DNA of 32,000 bases, taken from assembly GCF_018336915.1 (NCBI RefSeq), contig NZ_CP064923.1, positions 1,770,001 to 1,802,000 of the forward strand. The letters run 5' to 3'. Below are positions 9,533 through 18,409 of the stretch, in pieces. Within the stretch, counting starts at the first letter, position 1. Every line of letters begins with the position of its first letter. The DNA is from Acaryochloris marina S15 (GTDB lineage Bacteria > Cyanobacteriota > Cyanobacteriia > Thermosynechococcales > Thermosynechococcaceae). The notes beneath the pieces were generated by a model. The model was not told the DNA's origin and did not search any database. It saw nothing but the letters and a program-made list of their open reading frames with translations. Both the position numbers and the translations under genes were made by a program.

Positions 9533-10148
9533 AGGTTGGACCATTCATTTTATCGAACGTGAGAGTCGCTATTGGTTAGAAGCCCGTGCTGGTTTTAAGG
9601 ATGAGTCATTATTTGAGAAGAGTGTCAAAGCCACTTGGGATTGGGCTAAAGAGAGTTCATCGATTCGTTGGTTCACAGATGGAGAACGTCGATATTCAAA
9701 GATATTGTGGAAGCTTGCGAGTGTGTACTTGCCCAGAAGAGAAACGACACAGGTCTACCCTTTCCGCAAAGTATGGCGAGCGGGTTTAGAGGTGGCGATG
9801 AAGATCAAAGGATCTCAAGGAAAGTCTTGGATAGAGCGGGTTAATCGAGAGCATCCTTATACGGCCATTAGTCCAAAGAGCGAAGTCCATGCCAATCATA
9901 ATGAAGCCCTCAACAGTTCTTTGAGACGACGGGCTAGTGCCTATCGCAGACGCCAGAATCACTATGCAAAAAAGGTTGAAGGACTACAAAGAGCGTTGAA
10001 TGTGCAGCGGTTGATCCACAATTGGTGTCATACTCACTGGAGCCACGGATACCAGCGCACCCCAGCAATGGAGATGGATTTTATCCAAAGGCCCATTAAG
10101 ATCGTCGAGGTGTTGACTGCTAGAGGATTAGAATGCATCACTTCTTAG
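9474..10148 (+). CDS. IS1-family transposase, InsB-like catalytic frame (probably expressed only as a fusion)
   Basis: Contains GDEVY..(frameshift)..WFTDGERRYS....HANHNEALNSSLRRR, a DDE-type pattern like IS1 InsB. This frame is +1 relative to orfA. The stop lies inside the right inverted repeat. Confidence 0.75.
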   Translation: MKGMKCTLAWARTIPPWLSEGWTIHFIERESRYWLEARAGFKDESLFEKSVKATWDWAKESSSIRWFTDGERRYSKILWKLASVYLPRRETTQVYPFRKVWRAGLEVAMKIKGSQGKSWIERVNREHPYTAISPKSEVHANHNEALNSSLRRRASAYRRRQNHYAKKVEGLQRALNVQRLIHNWCHTHWSHGYQRTPAMEMDFIQRPIKIVEVLTARGLECITS

Positions 10149-10187
10149 CTGGACAGTGCCGGTATTGCCGATAGATATTGAAATTGC

Positions 10188-10209
10188 TGTCGAGGGTGGC
10201 AATCCCACT
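10188..10209 (+). repeat. Copy B of the 22-nt direct repeat (TGTCGAGGGTGGCAATCCCACT)
   Basis: 20 of 22 identity to 7372-7393. Lies 28 nt beyond the IS1 right end. Confidence 0.8.
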
Positions 10210-10213
10210 AAAA

Positions 10214-10266
10214 ATTCCTTGTTTTAACAGATTATGGCAGACCTCATAATCGTTAAAACAAGGAAT
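10214..10266. repeat. Perfect 15-bp inverted repeat (hairpin with 23-nt loop)
   Basis: ATTCCTTGTTTTAAC (10214-10228) is the exact reverse complement of GTTAAAACAAGGAAT (10252-10266). Confidence 0.85.
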
Positions 10267-10445
10267 ATCTAAGATGGTTTTTTATACAGTAGAAATGAAA
10301 ATCGGATTGAGTGACAGTGAGGAAAATCCACTAAATATTATAGGCAGAGTATGACTTAGGGATGGCACTCACCGTATCAGAATAGAGGTGATCGATTCTG
10401 ATACTCAGCCCTGCTAGTTTCAACTGTACTTAGGTACTGTGTACC

Positions 10446-11284
10446 CTACTTACCCCGAAGAGCATAGAGTTTTTCTCCTCGGACATTATGCCAGAGACCA
10501 CCCCCAAGCATAAAAATTAACCCGAGAGCTAGCTGAATGGCTGCAGACCCAGAGCGATCAAGTGCATAGAATTCTGCTGGAAAAGCTAAATCACAATAGC
10601 GAACAAAGATCGAGGAACTGACAGCGATAAATCCTACTCCAGCGACACTGAAGGAGAGGATAGATTCGCTATTACAAAAGCCTTGTCGCACCCAACCACC
10701 GTTGACGACAGAGAAGACCGGACGTCTTAGGAAAAAAGGCGTAGGCTTTCTGTAAAGGATGTGAAAGATTCCCCCGATGGCCGTAAGAGTCGCAACGAGA
10801 AAGTGACCCCCTACCAGATCTTCCATATTGTTTACGGCAGCCATACCTATCGGTGTCCAGCCTCCATTGGCAAAACCGAATATGTAACCCACTAGAGTAA
10901 TGGGATTGAGATTAGGGCTAATCTGACGAACTTCGCCCACTAATGGATCATATAAGCCATTACCAAAGGCAGCATTGCCTGCAAACAAGAAACAAGCGAT
11001 GGAAAGACAGAGGATATGGAATCCCATGATGTAGGATGTGGATTCAAAATCTTCCCAATCGTAATTGACTCTTGCAGCTACACTTCCCTCAGGAGCATCG
11101 CCTAAGTTAGATTCACCGCTATAAGTATGAAAAAGTCCACCTGCTAAGCAAATCACTGCGATGAACATGTGAAAGACTCCGACCAAGACGAAAGGAGAGG
11201 TGTCAAGAACCGCTCCACCTGCTCCCACGCCGATCCCTAGAGTAGCTAGGTGAGGAATGAAGGCCAAGCTCTGTTCAGATATAG
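10446..11284 (-). pseudogene. 3' fragment of an IS-interrupted Pcb/IsiA (CP43-like) chlorophyll-binding antenna gene
   Basis: Reads ...ISEQSLAFIPHLATLGIGVGAGG... with multi-helix, His-rich CP43'-family sequence. The track's initial M is really an in-frame Leu (TTG). Confidence 0.85.
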
Positions 11285-13049
11285 CCTACATTCAGCAGGC
11301 TAGCTAGCAGAGCAGATAATATTTTTTACAGCCCTTCCCAAGGAACGGCAAGATAAGTTGCTGCCTGCTGTTGAGCTTGATGAGATGCTTGGCACCATCA
11401 AGCCAAACTAAATGGACGGCCTGAAAGCATTGGAGAATCCAACGTAACGTAGGTTTCATAGTTTGTTTCCCCTTCTGATTAGGGAGAGTTGTTTGTACTT
11501 GTTCTAGTGCATTTCTTAACTGTCGTTGTCCTAAGCTGTAGACCATCAAACACAAGGCCATGATCATGGCTAAGGCAGCGATACGCCGAGGTGTCTTCAG
11601 GAAAACACTAGAGGCAAAGAAGAGTGGATCTTTGATAAAGCGAAAGCCTCCTTCACACGCCTGCTGGTTCTTATACTCGCGCAGAATATCATCATTGCTC
11701 CATTGCTCTTGTTCCAAGAGATTGGTGGCTAAGATGAAACGACCTGCTTGCCGCCGATAGCGTTCGATGACTGGCTCATTGAGGGTTAAGGTAGCCTCAA
11801 TAGAATAGGTGTAGTGAGTCACAACCGTTGCTTTTGTCGGTCGTCCAGCCTTTGAATAATGAGGTTTTTTGTGGATTTTGAGATCGTCAAGGGTGTGATA
11901 CCTGAGGATTTTGCCAAAATCTTGGGCTGCAGCTAAAGCATCTGCAGGGCACAAGAAGGTCTGTTTGCAGAGGGTTTTAAGTGCAGTAGTTTTTTGGCTA
12001 AACGCCTGATCAATCCGCTTTTGCACTTGTTTGAGTCCAGAGTCTCTGCGAGCTTTACTTTCAACCACCAGCCACCGTTGTTGAATCTCTCCATAGGTAC
12101 TACATACTTCGACAAAGCTATAGCCGTTGAGAGCACTGGGGTGAAACTGTGAACCCGGCAGCCCTTGTAATAAGTCTTGGGCTGCCGTTGAACTTGCTGG
12201 AACTCGGCTAATCCAAGATGTACTTCCTAATGCTTGCAGATTGTCGGCACTGTAGAGGGCACTATCAGCAACAATCACCTCTGGCTGTTGCTGACTCCAC
12301 TGTTGCTTAAATTCATGGATGATAGGCACAAACGTACTTTTGTCCGCATCATTACCGTTGCCCACTTGTAAAAATAAAGGAATACCCCCGTCCCCACTCA
12401 CCAGTAGGTTCAATACAAACTGCTTGAGATCACGACGATTGTCCCGTGAGTAGCCGTAGGTGATTTTCACGGGTATCGGCTCCTCTGATTCAGCCAGTGC
12501 AGGGGAGGGGGACTCAGGTGCAGAGGGGGATTCGTCTGACGCCTCAACCTGTGGTTTATCTAAGTATTGCCCCTCAACACTAAGGCTTGTCGCATCTAGA
12601 TGCGCACACCTTAGAGCTACATCGAATTTCTGAACGACTGCCATTGCCACATGGATAAATATCTGGGTCACACCATAGGCATAGAGCTTGTCGAGGACTC
12701 GACCGATACGGGTATCGTTGAGGTGCTCTGGCAGTACACCTTGACCGAGTAAGTGCTCGGTTGCTTTGCTTTCGAAAAACTCACTAAATAAGTACAATGG
12801 AGCACTCAAAAAGCCCATACCATTTAGAATCAGGGCTTTGACAACTTGACCACAACTAACATTCTCTTGCTCGTGAGTACCTAATAATCGATCCACTATT
12901 TCGACAATGCCGATCTCATCGACGATACCGGCAATAATACCGAGATGGTCAATATCCTGAACGTCTATCTCTTGAGGTGAATACATGGACTTGCGTTGAG
13001 AGACAACCTCAAAATTATCCCTTGATGGTTAGTACCTGCTGAATGTCGG
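11285..13049 (-). mobile_element. IS4-superfamily (IS1634-like) insertion sequence, 1765 bp, inserted in the pcb/isiA-like gene
   Basis: Ends CCTACATTCAGCAGG (11285-11299) and CCTGCTGAATGTCGG (13035-13049) form 14-of-15 inverted repeats. Flanked by the 6-bp direct duplication ATATAG (11279-11284 and 13050-13055). Confidence 0.85.
11304..12986 (-). CDS. IS4/IS1634-like DDE transposase
   Basis: 560-aa intact ORF. Candidate catalytic residues lie in HLDATSLSVEG, VIVADSALYS and ACEGGFRFIKD. The N-terminal DHLGIIAGIVDEIGI is as I recall for IS1634-type enzymes. Confidence 0.9.
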   Translation of the reverse strand: MYSPQEIDVQDIDHLGIIAGIVDEIGIVEIVDRLLGTHEQENVSCGQVVKALILNGMGFLSAPLYLFSEFFESKATEHLLGQGVLPEHLNDTRIGRVLDKLYAYGVTQIFIHVAMAVVQKFDVALRCAHLDATSLSVEGQYLDKPQVEASDESPSAPESPSPALAESEEPIPVKITYGYSRDNRRDLKQFVLNLLVSGDGGIPLFLQVGNGNDADKSTFVPIIHEFKQQWSQQQPEVIVADSALYSADNLQALGSTSWISRVPASSTAAQDLLQGLPGSQFHPSALNGYSFVEVCSTYGEIQQRWLVVESKARRDSGLKQVQKRIDQAFSQKTTALKTLCKQTFLCPADALAAAQDFGKILRYHTLDDLKIHKKPHYSKAGRPTKATVVTHYTYSIEATLTLNEPVIERYRRQAGRFILATNLLEQEQWSNDDILREYKNQQACEGGFRFIKDPLFFASSVFLKTPRRIAALAMIMALCLMVYSLGQRQLRNALEQVQTTLPNQKGKQTMKPTLRWILQCFQAVHLVWLDGAKHLIKLNSRQQLILPFLGKGCKKYYLLC

Positions 13050-13263
13050 ATATAGGTACATCTGATTGAAAATACGCAGCTTCTTGAATAACCAAAGCAC
13101 CAGGGACAAAACTCATTAAGGCCGCATGGCATAAATGAGCTCCCAATAGTTTGCCAGAGAGGTCAGTTAGGCGGACATTTCCTGCCCACCAATCATATTC
13201 AAATCCGCTGATGTCAGCTGTTCTCAACGACAATGGATCTTGTTTTTGCAAAGATTTTGTCAT
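13050..13263 (-). pseudogene. 5' fragment of the IS-interrupted Pcb/IsiA-like gene
   Basis: MTKSLQ...YDWWAGNVRLTDLSGKLLGAHLCHAAL...YFQSDVPIS is the family N-terminus (WWAGN motif). The track ORF runs on into IS sequence as far as 13015. Confidence 0.8.
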
Positions 13264-13555
13264 GTTATTTATCCTATTAATCTAAGATTGAAAGCTTAAA
13301 AAATACTTTCAATTAGTATCGAGATGATTGATTGTCTAGGGTTCAAGAAATATTAAATTCTGAGGTAATTTCCCTCGCTAATTAGTTCTACAGCTAAAAA
13401 ATTATTCTCGATTCTGAGCTGCTATATTCCCAAGATCGACAACAAAAATTTAGGCTGAAGAAGTTTAATGATTTCCTGAACTAGCGATTGGCTATTGTTT
13501 TAAGCTTTTACGCATTGACAATCAGAGGGAAAATAAGGTTTTTTCAAGCTTGAAA

Positions 13556-13588
13556 TTAAGGCAGGAAATATTCCTGCTTTAAGGTTTT
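13556..13588 (+). terminator. Hairpin plus T-run (possible intrinsic terminator) in ORF-free DNA
   Basis: TTAAGGCAGGAA-ATA-TTCCTGCTTTAA forms a 12-bp stem with one G-U pair, followed by GGTTTTA. No gene is obviously associated with it. Confidence 0.35.
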
Positions 13589-14930
13589 ATTGGTCTATTG
13601 AAGCTTCAAGTTTAAGCAGGTAAAGGTTTTTAGCTCCGGCCGGTATTGATTTAGGTCATACAAAAATTACGGAATCTTTGTAGTCCGTTACAATTACCTG
13701 TCTCCCTGAAATGGGATTAGAGCCAGGCCTGCAAGAAGTTGCGCACTATAAATCTATATAGTACGTATTCCCTACCCACTATGGATATGCAGAATTTTGC
13801 CGTCTATTTTTTTGGCATTTATTCTTGTCTCTAGTTGTTTATAAATGTGAATTTACAGGATTTATATTGTGAACCTATCGAAACTTTTGATTAGTTTTAT
13901 AAACGGTTATTGAAAATTGATTAATGTAATTGCAATCACTCAAATATAAATTTACATAAGTTTAAAAAATATAAATAAATGACTTCTGCATTATTATAAA
14001 TATGCTTTTTGAAAGATTATTTATTTATTAAGTTCTAGTAAATCAAGGATTAGAACGATTTTCTGGAAATTGTTTTTCCTATAAAAATATTTTTAGATGA
14101 CATATTTAAGTTAGACAGGAAAAAGATAACTGAGTTTGTTCGATTCATTAATGGGTTAATAGTGAATTGTCTTTATTTTTGATAAAAAGATTGCCGTGTA
14201 TGGGTTTTAGGTTATGGTGCTTAGTCTGACATGGATTTAAAATATTGAATAAATGGAGATAGTAAGTAACGAGAACGTAATCCAATAGTTGTCAACTAGA
14301 AAACTATTGCACTGATGATTCATGGAATATGTAAAAGCAAGTGATAGCCAAGACCATCCATTGCGGAAAATTTTCATGCTGATGTTTTGTGATCGTTTCT
14401 GTACCGACATCAAAAATGAGTCTCAGTGTGGCGTGCCAAAATCAGTGCTATCTAATTTTGGCCACCCATCCAACTGAATGAACCTTTTGGCCGAGTTGAA
14501 GAGCAAACTACAGGAATGGCACTCCAATTCTGTAGTTCCTGTTGTAGATTATCTCTGCTGGAAATCGATGCAATCTAGTAAAGTTTTACGTTGCTGCAGT
14601 AGATGAATGCGTTACAGAAGCTTTCAATAGTAGTTTCAGATCAGATCATCAGATCAACGGATGGTGTAGCTAAATCGGCCCTATTAAATAACTACTGGCT
14701 AGACATTCAGGTCATATAGTTCTTTTGAAAGATATTGCAAGAATTTGTTTTTATATTTAGTACGGACAGATTCACTGCTGCTTGTAGCGAAGAGATTAGC
14801 TCACAATTTAAACGACAGGTTTAGGAATGAAACTTCTTCTATACCCCGTCCGCTTGCAGTTGGGGCATTGATTTAGCTCTGGAGGATTTGAAACAGCCCT
14901 GGCCCACGATTAATCACCATCAAGAGATGG

Positions 14931-15125
14931 TCAGTCATGAATACCGTTCTTTGAGATGGCTGATTTTCGAACCGCTCTTGCCGATCCATCAGAAGATGCA
15001 TCTCGCTGCAAAGATTTGGGGCGCTTTCTCTGCCTTTCTAGGAAAGTCTGATTTGAATCGAGATTGAGCCAGTCTTCTTTGAGCAATCTCTTAACTGCAC
15101 TCACCCGGATTGCGGTCGAATTCAT
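14931..15125 (-). CDS. Doubtful small basic ORF (64 aa)
   Basis: Present in the ORF track only. ATGA overlap with the upstream 83-aa ORF. No recognisable motif. Confidence 0.2.
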   Translation of the reverse strand: MNSTAIRVSAVKRLLKEDWLNLDSNQTFLERQRKRPKSLQRDASSDGSARAVRKSAISKNGIHD

Positions 15126-15373
15126 GCTAACTGTTGTTCAGGTTCGGCAGCCAGGCTGATGGTCAATTTATTCGTAGGTCCTAGACGACGTATATAACGA
15201 TTCAGGGAACTGGCTAAAAGAAGATCAGGTCTCCGCAGCAATAAGCTGACACAGATCCAGGAATCTTCTAGGCTGGAAGAGTGAGCTACGTAATAATTGT
15301 TATCCAATCCCATGGCAAACCTTAAAATCATTGATAATTTTGATGGTAGTTTCACCCTTGATCCTGAAATCAA
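15122..15373 (-). CDS. Doubtful small ORF (83 aa)
   Basis: Present in the ORF track only. The L/S/R-rich composition is typical of non-coding frames. Its 5' end overlaps the more plausible + strand gene. Confidence 0.2.
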   Translation of the reverse strand: MISGSRVKLPSKLSMILRFAMGLDNNYYVAHSSSLEDSWICVSLLLRRPDLLLASSLNRYIRRLGPTNKLTISLAAEPEQQLA

Positions 15374-15638
15374 AGCAGCCTTGTTTCAGCTTCTCAACAA
15401 TGAGGGGTTTCTCCAGCAAGTTGCTCGTGAGTCTCAATCAGACGCCATTGAATTTACCGAATTAATTTTTCAGCCTGTTCCCTACAGCGAAAATACGCCT
15501 AAAGGTATGCCCCAACTGTTTGAGCAGTATCACGAGTCTGATGATTACGTGATCATCAACGTGCCCCCCAACTTTATGTTCCAAGCCAAAGTATTTTCTC
15601 CCAGTCGACTTTGTGCGATCTATCGCCGGATCTCGTAA
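15312..15638 (+). CDS. Hypothetical acidic protein (108 aa from MANLKII)
   Basis: ORF 15297-15638 with protein-like composition. The second Met at 15312 is preferred as the start. No family recognised. Confidence 0.5.
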   Translation: MANLKIIDNFDGSFTLDPEIKAALFQLLNNEGFLQQVARESQSDAIEFTELIFQPVPYSENTPKGMPQLFEQYHESDDYVIINVPPNFMFQAKVFSPSRLCAIYRRIS

Positions 15639-15746
15639 AATTAGTTAACGTGGCTTTAAGGCTTGCATGGACTTGAATTGACAAAGTTAAAGTCCACAAG
15701 CCAAGATTGAGAGACGTAAAATTGTTAACAGTTTGTATAAAGGTCT

Positions 15747-16388
15747 ATGGACTGGATTTCGTTAGACACTTTGCAAACATTAGCCCACCAATACGGCTAT
15801 TGGGTTGTCTGCTTCGGCATATTATTTGAAAACTTGGGATTGCCCCTACCAGGGGAAGCGATTGTCCTAGTGGGCGGCTTCTTGGCGGGTGAAGGAGACC
15901 TGAATTATTTTGGGGTGTTGGGCAGTGCGATCGCAGGTTCAACCATCGGCGGCACCTGTGGCTACTGGGTGGGACATTTTGGCGGTTGGCCTTTACTATC
16001 GAGAGCCGGTCGCCTCGTCAATATGTCTGAAGAGCGCCTTTTGGAAATTAAAGAAGGGTTCAGTACCAACGCTGCTCGCACCGTCTTGATGGGCCGCTTT
16101 GTGGCCCTGCTGCGAATTTTTGCCAGCCCGCTAGCGGGTATTGCCGAAATGCCTTTTCCCCGCTTTGCGTTCTTTAACACGCTGGGTGCATTCCTGTGGG
16201 CATTGGTGATGGTTACCCTGGCTTACTTTGCGGGCGAAATCATTCCTCTATCCCGCCTAGTGAGCAGCGTGTCTCAGTTTGGACTTTTTGTATTGCTGGC
16301 AGTTGGGGCCTGGTTCCTTTGGCCTCGCCTTCACAATTTGATTCGCCGAATGGCCTTGCAAGAGGCGAGTGAGTCTGACACGCCTTAG
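15747..16388 (+). CDS. DedA-family (SNARE-associated / VTT domain) membrane protein
   Basis: 213-aa ORF. YGYWVVCFGILFENLGLPLPGEAIVLVGGFLAG is the characteristic DedA N-terminal motif. Confidence 0.9.
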   Translation: MDWISLDTLQTLAHQYGYWVVCFGILFENLGLPLPGEAIVLVGGFLAGEGDLNYFGVLGSAIAGSTIGGTCGYWVGHFGGWPLLSRAGRLVNMSEERLLEIKEGFSTNAARTVLMGRFVALLRIFASPLAGIAEMPFPRFAFFNTLGAFLWALVMVTLAYFAGEIIPLSRLVSSVSQFGLFVLLAVGAWFLWPRLHNLIRRMALQEASESDTP

Positions 16389-16423
16389 ATGACATCGACC
16401 AGAACGGCTATTTAGTAATCCCC

Positions 16424-16885
16424 GTGGAACACACCCCCTTTACCCCACAAGAACGGGTTGAGTCACTCAAAGCTGGGGGATTGTCAGCTGGTGTGGCGAC
16501 ATTCGTTTTTGCGATTTTGCTGGCCATTAATGAGGGACTGGCTCAATGGCCGATTGCGGATTCAAGATTGATAGGAAGCTGGATTAGCCTGATCGGTTCT
16601 CTGGTTAGCGTAGCTATTTCTGGATTGCTCTTTGGGGTGACCTATCGCTATGCCATTCGCCAAGATACTAACCCCCAACTTAAATCAGGGGTCGTATTAG
16701 CTTTTGGTCTGGTGCGAGGGCTTGCTCAGGTTGATACGGGATTTGGTATCACTGATACGGTCGTGCCGTTTGTGCTGATGGCCGTAGAGAGTTGGGTTGT
16801 ATTTAGTTGCGATCGCATCGTCCTTGATCAGTCCCTACAACGAGGATGGCTTAAACCCTTTGTTACGAACTCAACTGCTCCATAG
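16424..16885 (+). CDS. Hypothetical membrane protein
   Basis: 153-aa ORF (GTG start in the track) with about 4 hydrophobic segments. Contains a HIP1 site. Confidence 0.6.
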   Translation: MEHTPFTPQERVESLKAGGLSAGVATFVFAILLAINEGLAQWPIADSRLIGSWISLIGSLVSVAISGLLFGVTYRYAIRQDTNPQLKSGVVLAFGLVRGLAQVDTGFGITDTVVPFVLMAVESWVVFSCDRIVLDQSLQRGWLKPFVTNSTAP

Positions 16886-16924
16886 CCCACATTTAGGATC
16901 AGCTAAAGGCATCAAGGTCGGAAT

Positions 16925-17197
16925 CTAGAGATAAATCGTTCCGTTGTTTGTGATGGGTACTTCATCACAAATCACAGGTTCAGGCACGCTATAGGTTGTT
17001 TTAGGATTATAAGTCGCTTCTTTTGCTGCTTCTGGGTGGCAAGATGCCCAAACCTCCCCCATCACCTGCATGGCAATTTCTTTGGGGAGCTTCTCAATGG
17101 TCTTGCTGTGATGAAATTTGAGAGCAATGGCTAACTGCTTTTTCAGCACAGCGGCTTCCTTAGTTAGATCATGATGAGGAAAGACTGCTTGCTCAGA
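16925..17197 (-). CDS. Hypothetical protein (90 aa from MSEQAVF)
   Basis: Track ORF 16925-17227. The internal Met at 17197 is preferred as the start. No family recognised. Confidence 0.45.
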   Translation of the reverse strand, partial: SEQAVFPHHDLTKEAAVLKKQLAIALKFHHSKTIEKLPKEIAMQVMGEVWASCHPEAAKEATYNPKTTYSVPEPVICDEVPITNNGTIYL

Positions 17198-17500
17198 CAT
17201 ATTGAGTGAAAGGGTGTAACAACACAATTACATTCTAAACAGAGAATAGTTGATAACTCAATTATTTATCTCCTTTTCTGAACTGATCAATGTGAAGGGG
17301 CAAAATCGATTTGTTTTAGTTATCTTGTAAAATTCGATACAATAACCAGCTCCAACCTTAAAAGCTCCAGTCTTTGGTAAAGCATTGTCTGATATGGCCT
17401 GGTATAGGGCTAAAAAACTCTGGATGGAAAACGATTAGTACTATCCCATCAATGCCATGGTGAGGGAAATGCCATTAGATCCCAACCTATTGAAGAGGAA

Positions 17501-18319
17501 TCACTTTGGCGGTTGGGAAAGCGTTTTTTGGGCATCCACAGCAACGTCTAAAAATGTTTGCGGCGAAGGACCACTGCCCTCTTGCTGTAGCCATAACAAG
17601 AACTCGATGTTGCCCTTCGGGCCAGGTAAGGGAGACCAGGTTACGCCTGCATATTGCCAGCCCAACGCTGATGCAGCTTGCCAGACCTGTGCGATCGCAT
17701 CTCGATGTGCTTGGGAATCCCGTACCACGCCATGTTTTCCCACTCGGTCTTTTCCCACTTCAAATTGGGGTTTAACGAGTAAAATCATTTCTCGTGGCGG
17801 TTGCAAGAGCTGCCAGAGGGCAGGCAAAACTTTCGTTAGGGAAATAAACGAGACATCAATCACACCTAAATCAGGAATAGTGGCTTCTTCTGCATATAAA
17901 TCGGCAGGCTGAAGATGGCGGAGATTGGTGCGTTCCTTGAGGATGACCCGAGGATCATTGCGGAGCTTCCACGCCACCTGCCCATAGCCCACATCAATGC
18001 CATAGACCTGTTTGGCCCCGGCCTGCAACAGACAGTCTGTAAATCCTCCAGTAGAGATACCGCCATCCAGGCAAACCCGATCCTGGACTTGAATAGGAAA
18101 CTCAGCTAAGGCTTTTTCTAACTTATGGCCACCGCGAGAGACAAAGGGCGATTTTTGTTTGACCTTAATCTCTGCCGTTAATTGAATTTCTGTCCCTGGC
18201 TTATCAATAATTTGGTCATTGACCTTCACTTCCCCAGCTCGGATGACCCGTTGGGCCTGCTGCCGAGAAGTGCATAACTCTAATGAAACAAGTAAGGTGT
18301 CTAGTCGCTGTTTAGCCAA
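17501..18319 (-). CDS. tlyA: TlyA-family rRNA 2'-O-methyltransferase (S4 domain plus FtsJ-like methyltransferase)
   Basis: 272 aa. FVSRGGHKLEKALAEF and CLDGGISTGGFTDCLLQAGAKQVYGIDVGYGQVAWKLRNDPRV closely match TlyA motifs. Confidence 0.9.
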   Translation of the reverse strand: MAKQRLDTLLVSLELCTSRQQAQRVIRAGEVKVNDQIIDKPGTEIQLTAEIKVKQKSPFVSRGGHKLEKALAEFPIQVQDRVCLDGGISTGGFTDCLLQAGAKQVYGIDVGYGQVAWKLRNDPRVILKERTNLRHLQPADLYAEEATIPDLGVIDVSFISLTKVLPALWQLLQPPREMILLVKPQFEVGKDRVGKHGVVRDSQAHRDAIAQVWQAASALGWQYAGVTWSPLPGPKGNIEFLLWLQQEGSGPSPQTFLDVAVDAQKTLSQPPK

Positions 18320-18409
18320 GGCAGGGAGGATTTGCGAATACTACTTCCCCAATTCTAAGAGCCTGCCTACCTCTGCCCATCAAAACGAGGTGGGGATTTA
18401 GGATTGTTG

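Larger units (their letters stand above)
9093..10160 (+). mobile_element. IS1-family insertion sequence (1068 bp)
   Basis: Terminal inverted repeats GGCACTGTTCATTAAAGAAGTGA (9093-9115) and TCACTTCTTAGCTGGACAGTGCC (10138-10160) match at 19 of 23 positions. Two overlapping transposase frames. No target-site duplication is visible. Confidence 0.85.

Noticed and set aside
9586-9789. 67-aa third-frame ORF inside the IS1 element
   Set aside because: It overlaps the InsB-like catalytic frame and has no support of its own.
13951-13968. HLR1-like match TTTACATAAGTTTAAAAA in the ORF-free stretch (a weaker one lies near 13852)
   Set aside because: It is embedded in extremely AT-rich sequence where such words arise by chance, and it is not positioned near any gene start.
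13264-15311. The AT-rich ORF-free stretch as a replication origin
   Set aside because: I saw no cluster of DnaA-box-like words (TTTTCCACA / TTATCCACA) and no dnaA or dnaN neighbour.
17457-18109. Plus-strand ORFs overlapping tlyA, and a second minus-frame ORF at 17866-18066
   Set aside because: They lie entirely within the well-supported tlyA frame and have low-complexity, unrecognisable sequence.
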